DNA from: Azolla caroliniana
Taxonomy: Eukaryota; Plantae; Polypodiophyta
NCBI GenBank assembly: GCA_043228905.1
Contig: JBHGNT010000089.1
Location: 30,288 to 94,287, forward strand
Length of the DNA stretch: 64,000 nt
Direction of reading: 5' to 3'
The position numbers and the translations under genes were made by a program. Positions within the stretch are counted from its first letter, which is position 1. Each line of letters starts with the position of its first letter. This document shows positions 48,401 to 60,085 of this stretch, in pieces. The notes under the pieces were generated by a model, which saw only the letters and a list, made by a program, of their open reading frames with translations, ran no database searches and was not told where the DNA came from.

Positions 48401-51179
48401 CTCGACCCTCAGTTATACCAGCATCAAGTGCACTTGAGCAAGGACACAAAACCAGTGGCACAAAGACGGTACCGGATGAATCCCAATTACGCCGCCAAGG
48501 TCAAGGAAGAATCGACAAACTGCTAAGAGTTGGCTTTATCCGTCCGGTAAAGAAAGCGACATGGCTGAGCCCGATCGTAGTCGTACCGAAGAAGAACGGA
48601 AAAATTCGAGTTTGCGTGAACTACCAGAAACTCAATGCGGCTACGGTAACGGATGCGTTTCCACTTCCGTTCACAGATGGAGTGTTGGATGCCGTCGCCG
48701 GCCACGAGGTCTATAGCTTCCTAGACGGATTCAACGGGTATAATCAGATCCGGATGCACCCCGACGACCAAGAGAAAACGGCATTCGTCACCGAATGGGG
48801 GGTGTTTGTGGCCGTGGTGATGATGTTCAGACTCAAAACGGCACCGACAACATTTCAACGAATCATCATGGAAATCTTTGGTGAATATATTCCGGCTTTT
48901 ATGCAGGTTTTCCTTGACGATTTCGCCGTCTATAGCCGGGAGGAGGACCATTTTCAGCACCTCCGTCTTTGTCTAGAAAAGTGTAGAGCGTTGAATCCGG
49001 CAAAGTGTGTATTTGGCGTGTCCAGTGGAACTTTATTAGGACATATTGTGAGCCAGGAAGGTATTGCAATCGACCCGGACAAAGTGAAAGCCATATTAGA
49101 AGCACCGGCGCCGGTGCCGGCAACGGCAAAGACATTAAGCCGGTTCTTAGGCCAGATCCGGTGGCACAGCCGGATGCTCCGAGACTTGGCCAACCTGGCT
49201 ACACCGTTGCATGCCGCCGTACATCGGACACCATTCTAGTGGACCGACACTGAGGATAGGGCGTATAGGGCCCTCAAGGTACTATTGTCGCAGGCACCGG
49301 TAGTGCAGCCTCCGGATTGGAGTAAAGAATTTCACGTGTTCGTGGATGCCTCCGACATCGCAATCGGAAGCGTACTGATGCAGCTTACGGAACCAAAGTG
49401 GTACCGGCCAGTGTACTATGCCAACCGGAAGTTATCCCAAGCAGAGCGGAACTACTCTACTACGAAACGGGAAGCTCTAGGGATGATCTACAGTGTGACA
49501 AAGTTTCGGCACTATTTATTGGGAAGGAAGTTTTCCTTCCATGTAGATCATTCGGCACTCCTTTACCTAGTCTCCAAGGCGTCACTCACCGGAAAATTGG
49601 CCCAGTGGACCTTATTGTTACAGGAGTTCGAGTTTGAAATATTCCACCGACCCGGTATACAGCATGCCGTAGCGGATTACTTAAGCCGATTAGAGTCCGG
49701 AGAGACGGGGGACGGAGTACCGGATGAGTTTCCGGATGCGGAGCTGTTTCGAGTCACTACGGAGACGACAGCAGATGAGACAGTGGCCCAGGAAGACAAG
49801 TGGCTCACAAATATGCACCAGTTTCTGAGCACAGGACTGCCTCCGGAAGAGCTGAACCGGGACGAACGGAAACGCCTGGCGGTGCAAAGCCGACATTAAT
49901 TTTCTACTTACTGCAAAACACACTGTACCACAAGGGTGCGGACGACATATGGAGACGGGCGGTGCGCAGCGATGAAAAGGAACTGATACTGAGAGAAGGC
50001 CACTGCGGAGTTGCCGGAGGTCACGATGCCGGAGATGCGACGGCCAGAAAAATATGGCAAAGTGGCCTATGGTGGCCAACGACATTAAGAGATGCGGTAC
50101 GGTACGCAAAAGAATGTGACCTATGCCAGAGAATGGGCCAGCCAACGGAGCAGGCTCGTATGCCACACTAGCCGGTACTACCACTCGAGCCATTCCAAAA
50201 GTGGGGGTTAGACTTTGTAGGACCGTTCAAGCCACCGGCAATGAGAACGGGTAATCGGTACGTTATCGTTGCTACGGATTACTGCACGAAATGGGTGGAG
50301 GCCAAAGCTTTATGGGATAACACCGCTGCGTCAACGGCAAAGTTTCTATATGAGTACATCTGGTGCCGTTACGGATGCCCCATTGAATTGATAAGTGACC
50401 AAGGGGGGCACTTTCTCGGACAAGTAGTGGAAAGCCTAACGACCTTCTATGCCGTGGTCCACAAACGAAGCACACCTTACTATCCACAGGCGAACGGATT
50501 AGCGGAATCAACAAACAAGACGCTCCAGAATATCCTTCGGAAGATCGTCAATGAGAACCGGACGGATTGGGACACAAATCTACATAGCGCGCTTTGGGCA
50601 TACCGGACGACATACAAAACGAGCATCCGAACAACACCGTTCCGGTTGGCATTCAGACTCGAGGCGGTCATGCCGGTAGAATTCCAAGTACCTAGCTTAC
50701 GGATCCAGCTACGAGAACGGCTGAACGAGAAGGAGTCGGAGACAATAAGGTTGACAGCGCTGTGTGAGCTGGAGGAACAACGGTTGGCTAGCATCCTACA
50801 TTTAGGATTGGAGCAACGGCGACGGAAAGCATTCGTCGACCGGCATAGGAAAGGTAACGAAAAAATGTTCGCAATCGGCAAACCGGTGTTAGTATTCCAA
50901 ACCCGGATGGGCAAGATGCCGGGTAAACTAAGGTTTAGATGGACCGGACCGTATTGGCTAACACGGGAGTATAATGGGTCCTACCAGTTAGGGACACTTG
51001 CCGGCGAAGTGCTAGGCAAATGGGTCAACGGATTCCGGTTAAAGGCATATAGAGGACCGATGCCTAAGAACCCGTTTGAGCAAAGGACCGATGGCAACCA
51101 CCAAGACGGCAGAGACGGCAAGCCGGTAACCGGAGAAAATGAGGCCGGTAAGGGTCCGAGAGGACCAATGGACAAGTGA
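45474..51179 (+). pseudogene. Element C gag-pol (Gag, protease, RT, RNase H, integrase)
   Basis: CTTCLNSGHLALEC, INGGSGVN, FLDD, FVDASD, SDQGGHF, NGLAESTNK, WTGPY. Several stops and frameshifts. Confidence 0.92.
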
Positions 51180-51550
51180 CGTCACACTAATAATAATAAT
51201 AACTAAAAAAAAGAAAAACAATCATGCAAAAGCGAGGAATGAATGGATGAAAGAGCGTGGAGCGAAAAGGTACGTAGTGGGCCTTTAAAGCGCCACCACA
51301 GGACATAATGCTATTTTAAGTACGCGACATGCACAAACTCGAAAAAGGCGCCAGAATGCACAGACAAAAACCATTGCGCGTAGAGACCCTCTACTTTCGC
51401 GAACCCAGGAGCACAGAAGCACCGAAACACTGCAAGATCATCAGACGAGAACCTGCGCATAGAGAACCCCCGCCTTCTGAACTCTCTCTTTCTCAACCCC
51501 ACTCTCATCACCATCCATCCTCGCCACTGCAATCCGACCCCGACACAAAG

Positions 51551-53831
51551 ATGGACCCGCAAACGCTGTCGGAAGCCGCCAAGACATGGCTGAAGCAACA
51601 CGGGCTCGAGGGCTTCTTGATGATGATGGAAGTACCACCACACAAAGAAGCCGACAAAGTGATCAAGGAAATCGATACAGAGGTCATAACGGTAGAGGCG
51701 ATTCGAGCGTTAACAGGCCTTCCGGAGGGAGGCATACTTGCGATCGACAATCCAACCCCGGAGCAACTCATCAGGTATTTTGGTGAGTACTCTCTAGCCA
51801 GCAAGGGCTACCGGACACAGGGTGGCGGAGATATGTTGTTCCGCGAAATTGCTCTGTGCTCCATGAATACGGCCACATGTACCCTAGACCCCCTGTCATG
51901 CCGCAGAACCGGGCAGGGATGATCATCGCCACCTATGAAGGGATCAAGGTGGATTGGCCGGTATTGATTGCAGACGGGTTGTGTGCGGCAATTGAGATCG
52001 TCAGAGGCAAAGATGGCAAAGAAGGCCGAGACGGACGAAGGATATGGCACGCCGTAACGCAGTGGCTCACCTTGCTGGTGCCACCCGTTCAGACCGTCCA
52101 ACCCAAGAAGCGAGGAAGAGTGCCGGACGGCACACCAAGGAAGGCTTCCAAACGGCAACAGTTGTTGGCCTCAAAGGCCACTAAGAGAAAGGCGGCGGAT
52201 GCAGAACAGGCGGCAGAAAGAAGCGGCAGTCGGAAGCGCCCAACGGAGGCGCAGGAGGAACCACCGGCACGGCCTGTAAAGGTCACACTCCGCCGATCGG
52301 TGAATCGAGAAGCGGACCCCTTGGCGGCAAAACTCAATGCCGGAGCTCAGGAGGAGGTAATAGAGGAGGAGCCTACGGAGCACCTCCAGCGACGGTCGTA
52401 CATAGCACCTCCAGAGATGGCCAAAATACGGATCCAATCACCGGTGACTCCGGTAAGTGTACAAAATAAAGAAACGGAACGACCTGTACATAGCAATAAG
52501 ACCCCGGCAACGGAAACCGTTCCGGCGAGAGATGCGGCGCAAGCTCAGGAGCTTGGAGAATTGAGAGAGGAACTTGCCACACAAGAAGCGCTAAGGAGCC
52601 GTGAATGAGAATTGAAGACGGCGGCCGAAGCCGAATTAAAGAAGACTGCTGAGAACCTCCGCCGGGCAAAGGAGAGCCTCCGAAAAGGCCATCAAGCGTA
52701 CGACCGGCTAAGGAAAAGGACAAGCTGCGGAAAACGGCGGAAACAGAGATTGAACGGCTAAAAGAAGAGCTCCGCCAGCAGAAGGACCGCGAGGACCGGG
52801 CCCGTCGTCAAATCAACGCACGGCTCAAGCAAAAGACGGATGATTTTGAGCACCTGCACCAGACCTACAAACGGCTGGAAACGGAGCATAAAGAACGGAT
52901 GGCCGAGCTCCAGCAGGCAGTTGACCGGGCCGTGACGGCGATCGCCGACGAACGGGCGGAAAATACAAGACGCTTGGACGAGGCGGAGAAGGTCCGGATG
53001 GAACTCCAAAGGTAGCAGCAGGAAGACAAAGCGAGAGCGTCAACAATATTGCAGAAATTACAAAGCATATATCAAAGGCAATTGACGCATTACAAGGCGC
53101 ACGCGGAAAACAATGTCAAAATCATCAAACAACTGAAGGAGGAATGGCAAGCGGCGGAAACCAAATCGCAATTGGGAACGAGCCGGATTCAGTCCATCCT
53201 CTGGGCAAGCGGCGGAAACCAAATCGCAATTGGGAACGAGCCGGATTCAGTCCATCCTCCGAAACACTTGATTGATGAAAGCTCCGTAAAATGGTGGACA
53301 AAGTGGGCACAAAACGCGGCGGAACTCCAGTTGCTATGGGCGGATGTGGCAAACCGGCGGAAGGAAGGAGATGACTGTTATACGTTAACTTCCGAGGACT
53401 TCACCGCCATACGGGACGAGCTGGCCGACGACTTCCAAGTCCTGGCAGATGAACAGGTGGCGCAGGTCAGGCAGCTCATAGCTCAGCTGGACGATGATAG
53501 GTTGGACGCTCAAATCCAGTTTGAAAGCTACGAGCGGTCCCGGGTGCGGGAAGAAAAAGCACGGGAAGCGACAACGGTTAACCTTAGTGATGAGGAACCG
53601 TCGCCGGCTGAGGGCCAGCCGGGAACCAGTCAACCGGAGACCACTACGACGCAGGGAGCAACGACGGAGACGCCGGTGTCAGAGCCACAAACGGAGGAGT
53701 AGCCGCAACAACCACCAACGGACCCGCCGCAGCAGACAGCAACAGAGCAGCAACAACAACAACAACCACTTCCAGATGAACCATTGGAGCCTCTTGAACA
53801 AAGCATTCTGGACATTTTGGACGAAGAATAG
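51551..53831 (+). pseudogene. Element C extra 3' ORF, about 750 codons, function unknown
   Basis: Chain of overlapping ORFs between integrase and 3' LTR: globular N-terminus, basic segment, long coiled coil, acidic/Q-rich tail. Confidence 0.75.
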
Positions 53832-53843
53832 TAAGGGTCGGTT

Positions 53844-53885
53844 GTGGATTCGACGTACAAGGTACTGTCCCACGGGCGTGCCATG
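53844..53885 (+). other. tRNA-3'-end-like hairpin at the PPT position, element C
   Basis: GTGGATTC-GACGTAC-AAG-GTACTGTC-CCACGGGCGTGCCA-TG then LTR. Confidence 0.75.
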
Positions 53886-54389
53886 TGTTACCGGCCGGCA
53901 AAGGAGTCCAGAGTGGGAAACAGAGAGCTAATTAAGTAGTAGGAATGTGGTTGTAATTAAGCTATGAGTGTGGATGGACAGACCGGAAACGGTATGCCGT
54001 TCCGGATCCGGACCGATCCCGAACAGGTGAGGATGGCACCGTTTTGTAATACAGACCGGAAACCTATTTAAAGGCCCGGATACAATGTAATAGTTAGCGG
54101 TTAATTAATGAAAGCTTAAGCGTTGTTATCTCTCTGTGTTAATTGTTGTTCTGTCTTAATTGTTATATCTTACGCGTGTTATGAAAGACGATCCTAATAA
54201 GTAACTTAATTAAGTCGGATTAAGCGTTGAAGTCTAATCCGGTTGCCATAACACCCTTTGGTGAAGTGTCTCTCGTAGACACCCTGTGTTAGGCCATTGT
54301 CCGGCCCGAAGAGTTAACATTCGTCTTATACTATGTCGGCAAAATAGCAATTGTCGACTAAACAATAGTTTGGAGTGTTCCGATGATGT

Positions 54390-55975
54390 CATACATCCGG
54401 TGCTTCATTGACATGAGCCTGTACAACAAGTTTAATGAAGGAAGTAAGGCACACGTCCTCTAGGAGAAAATTGATACTATGCTCGAAAGCAAGAACATCG
54501 TGAATCGGGTTTCGATATTTCGGAAGTTAGTGACACTCCGATACCAAGACGGACCCAGCATGGCGGAGCACATGAATGCTTTCCAGCGGCTCATAAATCA
54601 AACAACCTCGCTTGAAGTAGCTCTAGCCGACGAGGTACTCGTGTTGCTGATGCTCAGTTCCCTCTCGGATAGCTGGAAGACGCTAGCTATCACTTTGGGC
54701 AATGTTGGGCCAAAAGGAAAACACATATCCCTCGGAAGAGTAAACTCGAGCTTGCTGGATGAAGAAGCTCGCCGGATGCACTGGGAATCTGGAACCAATC
54801 CAAAGGCCTTGGTTACGAAAGACGAACATAACTGGGGAAGAGGCCGAATTCGGAGTCACCAAAACCGGGACAAATCGGGGATGAGGTCGAAGTCAAGGGG
54901 AAGGCCCACATGCTTTTATTGCGGAAAGCCAAGACACTTTTAGAGGAATTTCCGACACTTCGGGAAAACCAAAGGGGGAGCCGACATTCCAGAACCAAAG
55001 AAGATTTAGGAAAGGAGAGGAACGTCGACGATCGTGACAAGTGAAGAAGAATTGTTGCTAATCACCGAGGAGAGTGAGATGCATCTTGTTAGCATGAAAC
55101 GGCATGGTTGGTCGTCTCCAGAGCATCAATCCACCTAACTCCCGACTGGAAGTGCTTCTCATTGTACAAAGTCGGAGATCACGATTCTATCCGGATGGGA
55201 AATGAAGGTGCATGCCGAATTGTCGGCATAGGAGATGTGTGGTTGACGACATCAACCGGGTGCAAGTTGTTGTTGAAGGATGTATGACACATTCCGGAGG
55301 TTCGGTTGAACCTGCTATCAACCGATTGGCTAGATGATGAAGGCTACACGGGTAGCATTAGGAACAGAGTCATGAAGTTCAGCAACAGAAGCCTAATTGT
55401 GGCTCGAGCTCGGAAGATCAACACGTTGTACATGAACGTGCCATCCGAAAATGTTGGTGAGCTATGGCACAAGAGATTGTGTCACATGAGACAGGAAGGG
55501 ATGAGAAGACTTTTCGAAGATAACCTCATTCCAGAGGTGAAAGATGTGCATCTTGAGAAGTGCACCGATTGCTTCACAACAAGATGAACCGAACCTCTTT
55601 CCGGTCGAGACCACCGTCAAGACGGAATGCACCACTGGAACTTCAGCATACCAATGTATGCCAAGTGGACATGAAGTCACATGCCGGATGGTAGTAGTTC
55701 ATGACGTTCATAGATGACCATAGCCAGAAGTTGTGGGTCTCATTGCCAAAGAAGGACCAGGTATTATCCTTCTTAAAGGACTTCCATGTCAAAGTGGAAA
55801 GAGAAACCGACCGGAAGTTAAGGGCGGTTCGAGCAGACTATCGGTCGAAGGGAATCCGGCTTGAATTCATTATGCCGAAGACACCGGAGCTAAACAAATT
55901 GGCCGAAAGGATGAACCGGACTATAATGGAGAGAGTTCGGAGCATATTGGCACATGCTAAACTATCCGGAGCATG
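54390..55975 (+). pseudogene. Decayed copia Y gag-protease-integrase, relative of E
   Basis: RPTCFYCGKPRH, ELWHKRLCHM, TFIDDHS, KTPELNKLAERMNRT. Confidence 0.88.
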
Positions 55976-56877
55976 CTAGCTTCCTCGTTGTATCTTGGAT
56001 ATGGGTACGACATTGTGTCTATTTCTGAGTCCTTTGGTACCCGCGAAGTGGGTTGCTATCATCGGGATGTTCAACCTCAGAACTGTTGCCACTGGTCGAG
56101 ACTTAATCAGGAATTTTTGTTGACTAGGCTTCCGATTCCTGAAGAGGTTGCTCAATGAGTGTGGATTCTCTCACAATCTCCTCTTGTTCAGCATGTCGAG
56201 ATTGTCTGAGTGCGTGGTCCCCTGTGGCATGTCATTCTTTCGACTTGGCCCTCCTCCATCTTGTGTTCATTGTGCTCTCATAGCTCGAACTGAGTGTGCC
56301 AAATTGTGTTACCTCCCCTCTAGAGGAACACACTCTCGGTTACTACTTCTGAGTAACCGGATCAAGGTAATCGTGGTTGGAAGGAGGGAGAGGGCTTCGG
56401 GTTGTCCCGTGGCCAGATACGGGAGTTAGGGGGGTAACTCTACCCCAAGCCATCCCAAATAACTCTCTCTGAGGATACCCAAAGTTATTTGCTCTGTTCG
56501 ACACTCGACGTCACAAACCGATCTTTGTAGCTTACCAAGGAACGCAGGAATAGGTATCCCATCGAATTGCCTACAACCGATTATGGGCATATGACTACAC
56601 AGTACGCGAGCTCAACACATCTTAGGACACAGATAGATCACACAGGGTTTCCCCTCAGGAAGACTAACGTATTACAACTATGATACAAATACCGATTGAT
56701 TGTCGGTACAAAAGTACACATCTCTCTTGAGGGGGAGTGAGTTGGACACCAACAAAAGCTAAAAGTGAGACATGAAGCCAGGAAGCAAAAAAAAACAAAA
56801 AACTGAACACGAAAAATGAGGGAGTCGAAGTCAGAGTCGGACACCATCGAAGCCGTAGCCGTAAACCAGCGACCAAA

Positions 56878-57242
56878 AGTTGAGCTTGAAGGGGCGTGTT
56901 GAGAATCAAACTCAACTTAACCTAGTGTAGAAACACACCCTACGAATATGTGAAGTGTGTGAACATGCCACCACTATGTATCATAACTAATATGTCATAG
57001 GAGTTACATCCTATGGCACATAGTTATTAAGGTAGTTAAGGTTTCCCGCTTTCCCGAGAGGGCGTTTTAGTAAGAGAATGTAGAGAGAATGTGACTATAT
57101 AAGCACATCCCTCTCTCCTTTGTAACTATTGGTTGACATTCTTGTGAATATATAGTTTTTTGTTTTTCTATCTATCTTGTGTCTATTCTCTCTTCTCTCA
57201 TATACACACACACATACATCCCTTATTTGCAGTTGTTAAACA
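56878..57242 (+). mobile_element. Copia PPT plus 3' LTR (56897-57242)
   Basis: GTTGAGCTTGAAGGGGCG then TGTTGAG...AAACA, with a TATA-like CTATATAA. Same junction motif as at 6966-7000. Confidence 0.6.
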
Positions 57243-57503
57243 TTACTGTTAGAAATATAAGCCTAGACGTGTGTATGAACACACCTTAGATAGGGACCCT
57301 CATTTGAAAAGTACCTAGGGTTAGTTACATTTTCTGTAATCAAGGCTATATAAACTATAATTTCTAAATATAGTAACTCATTATGCCTACTCTCTAGTAG
57401 AGCTTATTCCTAATGTAAGCATGAAATAAGGAAATATAATATAGGCAGATAGAGAAACAGAGAGAAAGAAGGGTGTCGATCAACTCGGCCACCCTCTATC
57501 AAG

Positions 57504-58140
57504 AGATAGATAGATAGATTATATTATCGTCTTCGGAGGTCAAATATGACCTATGAGACCAAAAATATTACATTTCACGTGATACGTGTGAAAGTGAGTA
57601 GTGACTCTCGATGTTCAAGAACTTTACCAATGAATGTTGCAATCAAGAGTGCACATTGTGGTTTTGAGAGGAATTCATGCAAGGATTGGGCTCGGTCAAA
57701 GAGATGTGGAAAGAATGGTCGAATATGATCAAAGGCAGAAAATTGTATAAAAGTGTGATACTCAGACTCGCGAACTTGTTTAGAGCAAAGTGTGCATAGC
57801 CAACCACTCTCATAACTTGTGCCCCAACGCCCTGTCTCACATTGGAATGCATGTGAGCTAAGTCGCATGGAAGCAATGGTTCGAATGGCGGATAACGGTA
57901 TGGGCTCTAACATGTATCAATGTGTACGATTTCCCCGTTCCGTAAAGAATATGGTTTTGTAGTTAGGTGCAACATGTGTAGTATAATGTGTGAAGTGTGA
58001 GCCTCCACATTTGTCCCATGTCATGATACATTGGCGTTGCAAAAAGGCCTTATTTACAAAGGAATCTAATGATGCATCATGAAGCAAGTGTCTCGCATCC
58101 CATCTACCAAACCATTTTTCTATATCTTGCATCCAACCAA
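57504..58140 (-). mobile_element. 5'-truncated LINE (RTE-X-like ORF2 C-terminus)
   Basis: MRLSSHAFQCETGRW...CTLC...ESEYH parallels LRISSHQLEIENGR...CRLC...EDEYH in the full LINE. (TCTA)n tail at ~57505. Confidence 0.8.
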
Positions 58141-58144
58141 AACA

Positions 58145-58145
58145 C

Positions 58146-58182
<37 letters not shown>

Positions 58183-59235
58183 TTGAGTGGAAAGTATTGT
58201 ATTGCACTATAAGATGGATTACAAAGAGTGGGCAAAACAAGGAGTTTTAGAATGATGTTGAACTGATTTAGTTTTGAGATGATTAATAGATGCTTATTTA
58301 TAGGTTCCTATAGAGTATTCTAGAAGGTTCTAGAATATTTTAGAACATTCTAGAATATAGAGTACTCTAGAATATTCTAGAATGTTTTATGATATTCTAT
58401 ATATTTAGATTATATATTATATATATAAACATATAATTATATTGGCTAAGGATTTGACATGTATATAACAAGGTTGTGGGTTCAAATCCTTTTAAGGCAT
58501 CATGTGAGTGTCATCATGACAATGCCTCATCATTATGTGAGTGGAATCATGACACTATCCCTCTTCTTCGACGACATGTATCACAGGTCGCATGGTTTGT
58601 ACTAGGACCTGGTTAACGAGGATATTGGTGATGAAATTCGGTGACCATGTCCACGGCATTTGCAAGACTTTCTATAGGTTCCCAAGTTCAATCATTGGGT
58701 GTATAGCCTAATCAATCAACCAAGTAATACAACTTGTTGTGCATGAGTTTGGAATCATGAATGGCAGCAACCTCAAATTCTAGTCCATCCCAAAACTCAA
58801 TAGGTAGTGGGGGAGTTATAGGAAGACCCATAATTGAACTTGTGGTGTAAGGTTCCAAAAGGGATACATGAAATACCGAGTGAAGACTCTTGTGAGGGAG
58901 GCCAAGAAGAAAAGCAATATCACTTATCTTACCAATGATCGCGTAAGGGCTGAAGTGTTGGTAATCCAATTTACCGCAAGGCCTAATGGTCTTGATGTTG
59001 TTTTGTAGAAGCCATACACGATCCCCAACACAAAACATTTTGGAGTGAAGAATTGTGAAGAATGGTAGCGTGAATCTCTTCGGGGTGACTAAGATGATCC
59101 TCAGCAACAAGGTTAGTAGGAACTTATGGATGCTCATTCATCGTCCAACGAGGATGACAACCCGTATTTGCGAAAAATGGGGAATATCTTGTAGAAGAAT
59201 GGACTGAGTTGTTGTAAGCGAACTCAGCCAACAGG
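58145..59235 (-). mobile_element. Decayed chromovirus 3' end: integrase tail, chromodomain, PPT, LTR starting at 58554
   Basis: VGDRVWL, HSVFHVSLLEPY, EFEVAAIHDSK...YYLVD. Confidence 0.82.
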
Positions 59236-59509
59236 ACATTTGAAATAGGTAATATGTCGTGTTCTCATTTTTACTTCTGAGGAGATGTTAAAATGCATAC
59301 TTATGGCTCATTTCAACACAATTTTATGTTGGTATGACACATGCATACATGGTTTCTTAAAACATACCAAAATTCTCAACTAATTATTTTCATGACAAGA
59401 AAGTCAATAGTTTCATATTCCATCTATCATGTTCTTTTATCAAATTTGGAGATAAGGAATGGAATTCGATGTAAGCTTAATTGTATTAAACCCGATTTTA
59501 CAAATTATG

Positions 59510-59940
59510 AATATTGGGCCAAAGCAGTCAGAATGGCCGTGTACCTTCATAATCAGACATTTGCAGTTGGAGGAAAAGTGTCACCACACAGGCTATACTT
59601 CGGGAAGAAGTTGAACCTGGGACACTTAACGGTGTTCACATATATGCATGTCTCGAAAGAGAAGAGGAGGAAACTGGATGCAAAGGGCGAGAAGTGCAAT
59701 TTGGTCAGTTATTCGGACAAGCAAAAGGGATATAAATGTTATAATCCCCGAATGAAACAGGTATGAGTCAATCGAGATGTCGTATTTGTCGAGTCAGCTT
59801 CATGGTACTTGCCCTCCTCTCCAACCCCTATTAACTCCGCTTTGAACTCGGAATATGAGGTCAGTGAGGCTGACCCTCTAGTTGAGGAGGATATCGGAAC
59901 TCTAGAAGAGAGTCTGATCTCATTCCGGCTAAGTGGGCTG
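59510..59940 (+). pseudogene. Copia integrase C-terminal/SH3-like fragment
   Basis: YWAKAVRMAVYL, RRKLDAKGEKC, KGYKCYNP. Confidence 0.78.
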
Positions 59941-59942
59941 AA

Positions 59943-60039
59943 TGTCTCAAGAACAGTACTAAGACAGAGAAGGAATTAGTACTAAAAGATGAGGATTAGT
60001 ACTGAGGTGTAGAACTCTCGAGAGAAGGAAAGAGTGAGT

Positions 60040-60085
<46 letters not shown>

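Larger units (their letters stand above)
44987..54319 (+). mobile_element. Ty3/gypsy element C, relative of A; 434-bp LTRs 44987-45420 and 53886-54319
   Basis: TSD TTCGT, about 9 LTR mismatches by eye, PBS TGGCGACCAC at 45428. Confidence 0.95.
20868..54367 (+). mobile_element. Ty3/gypsy element A (non-chromovirus, extra 3' ORF); LTRs 20868-39587 and 44567-54367, both interrupted
   Basis: LTRs start TGTTACCCGGACAAG. TSD GTTCA (20863-67) / GTTTG (54368-72), both derivable from GTTCG by CpG decay. tRNA-Arg-type PBS. Confidence 0.85.

Noticed and set aside
20863-54372. Element A as a recombinant of two insertions (TSD mismatch)
   Set aside because: GTTCA and GTTTG both derive from GTTCG by CpG deamination, and the host gag reading continues (ASKF-GVF).
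55976-56676. Possible minus-strand LTR
   Set aside because: One TG-like end is visible, but no partner end, TSD or second copy supports it.
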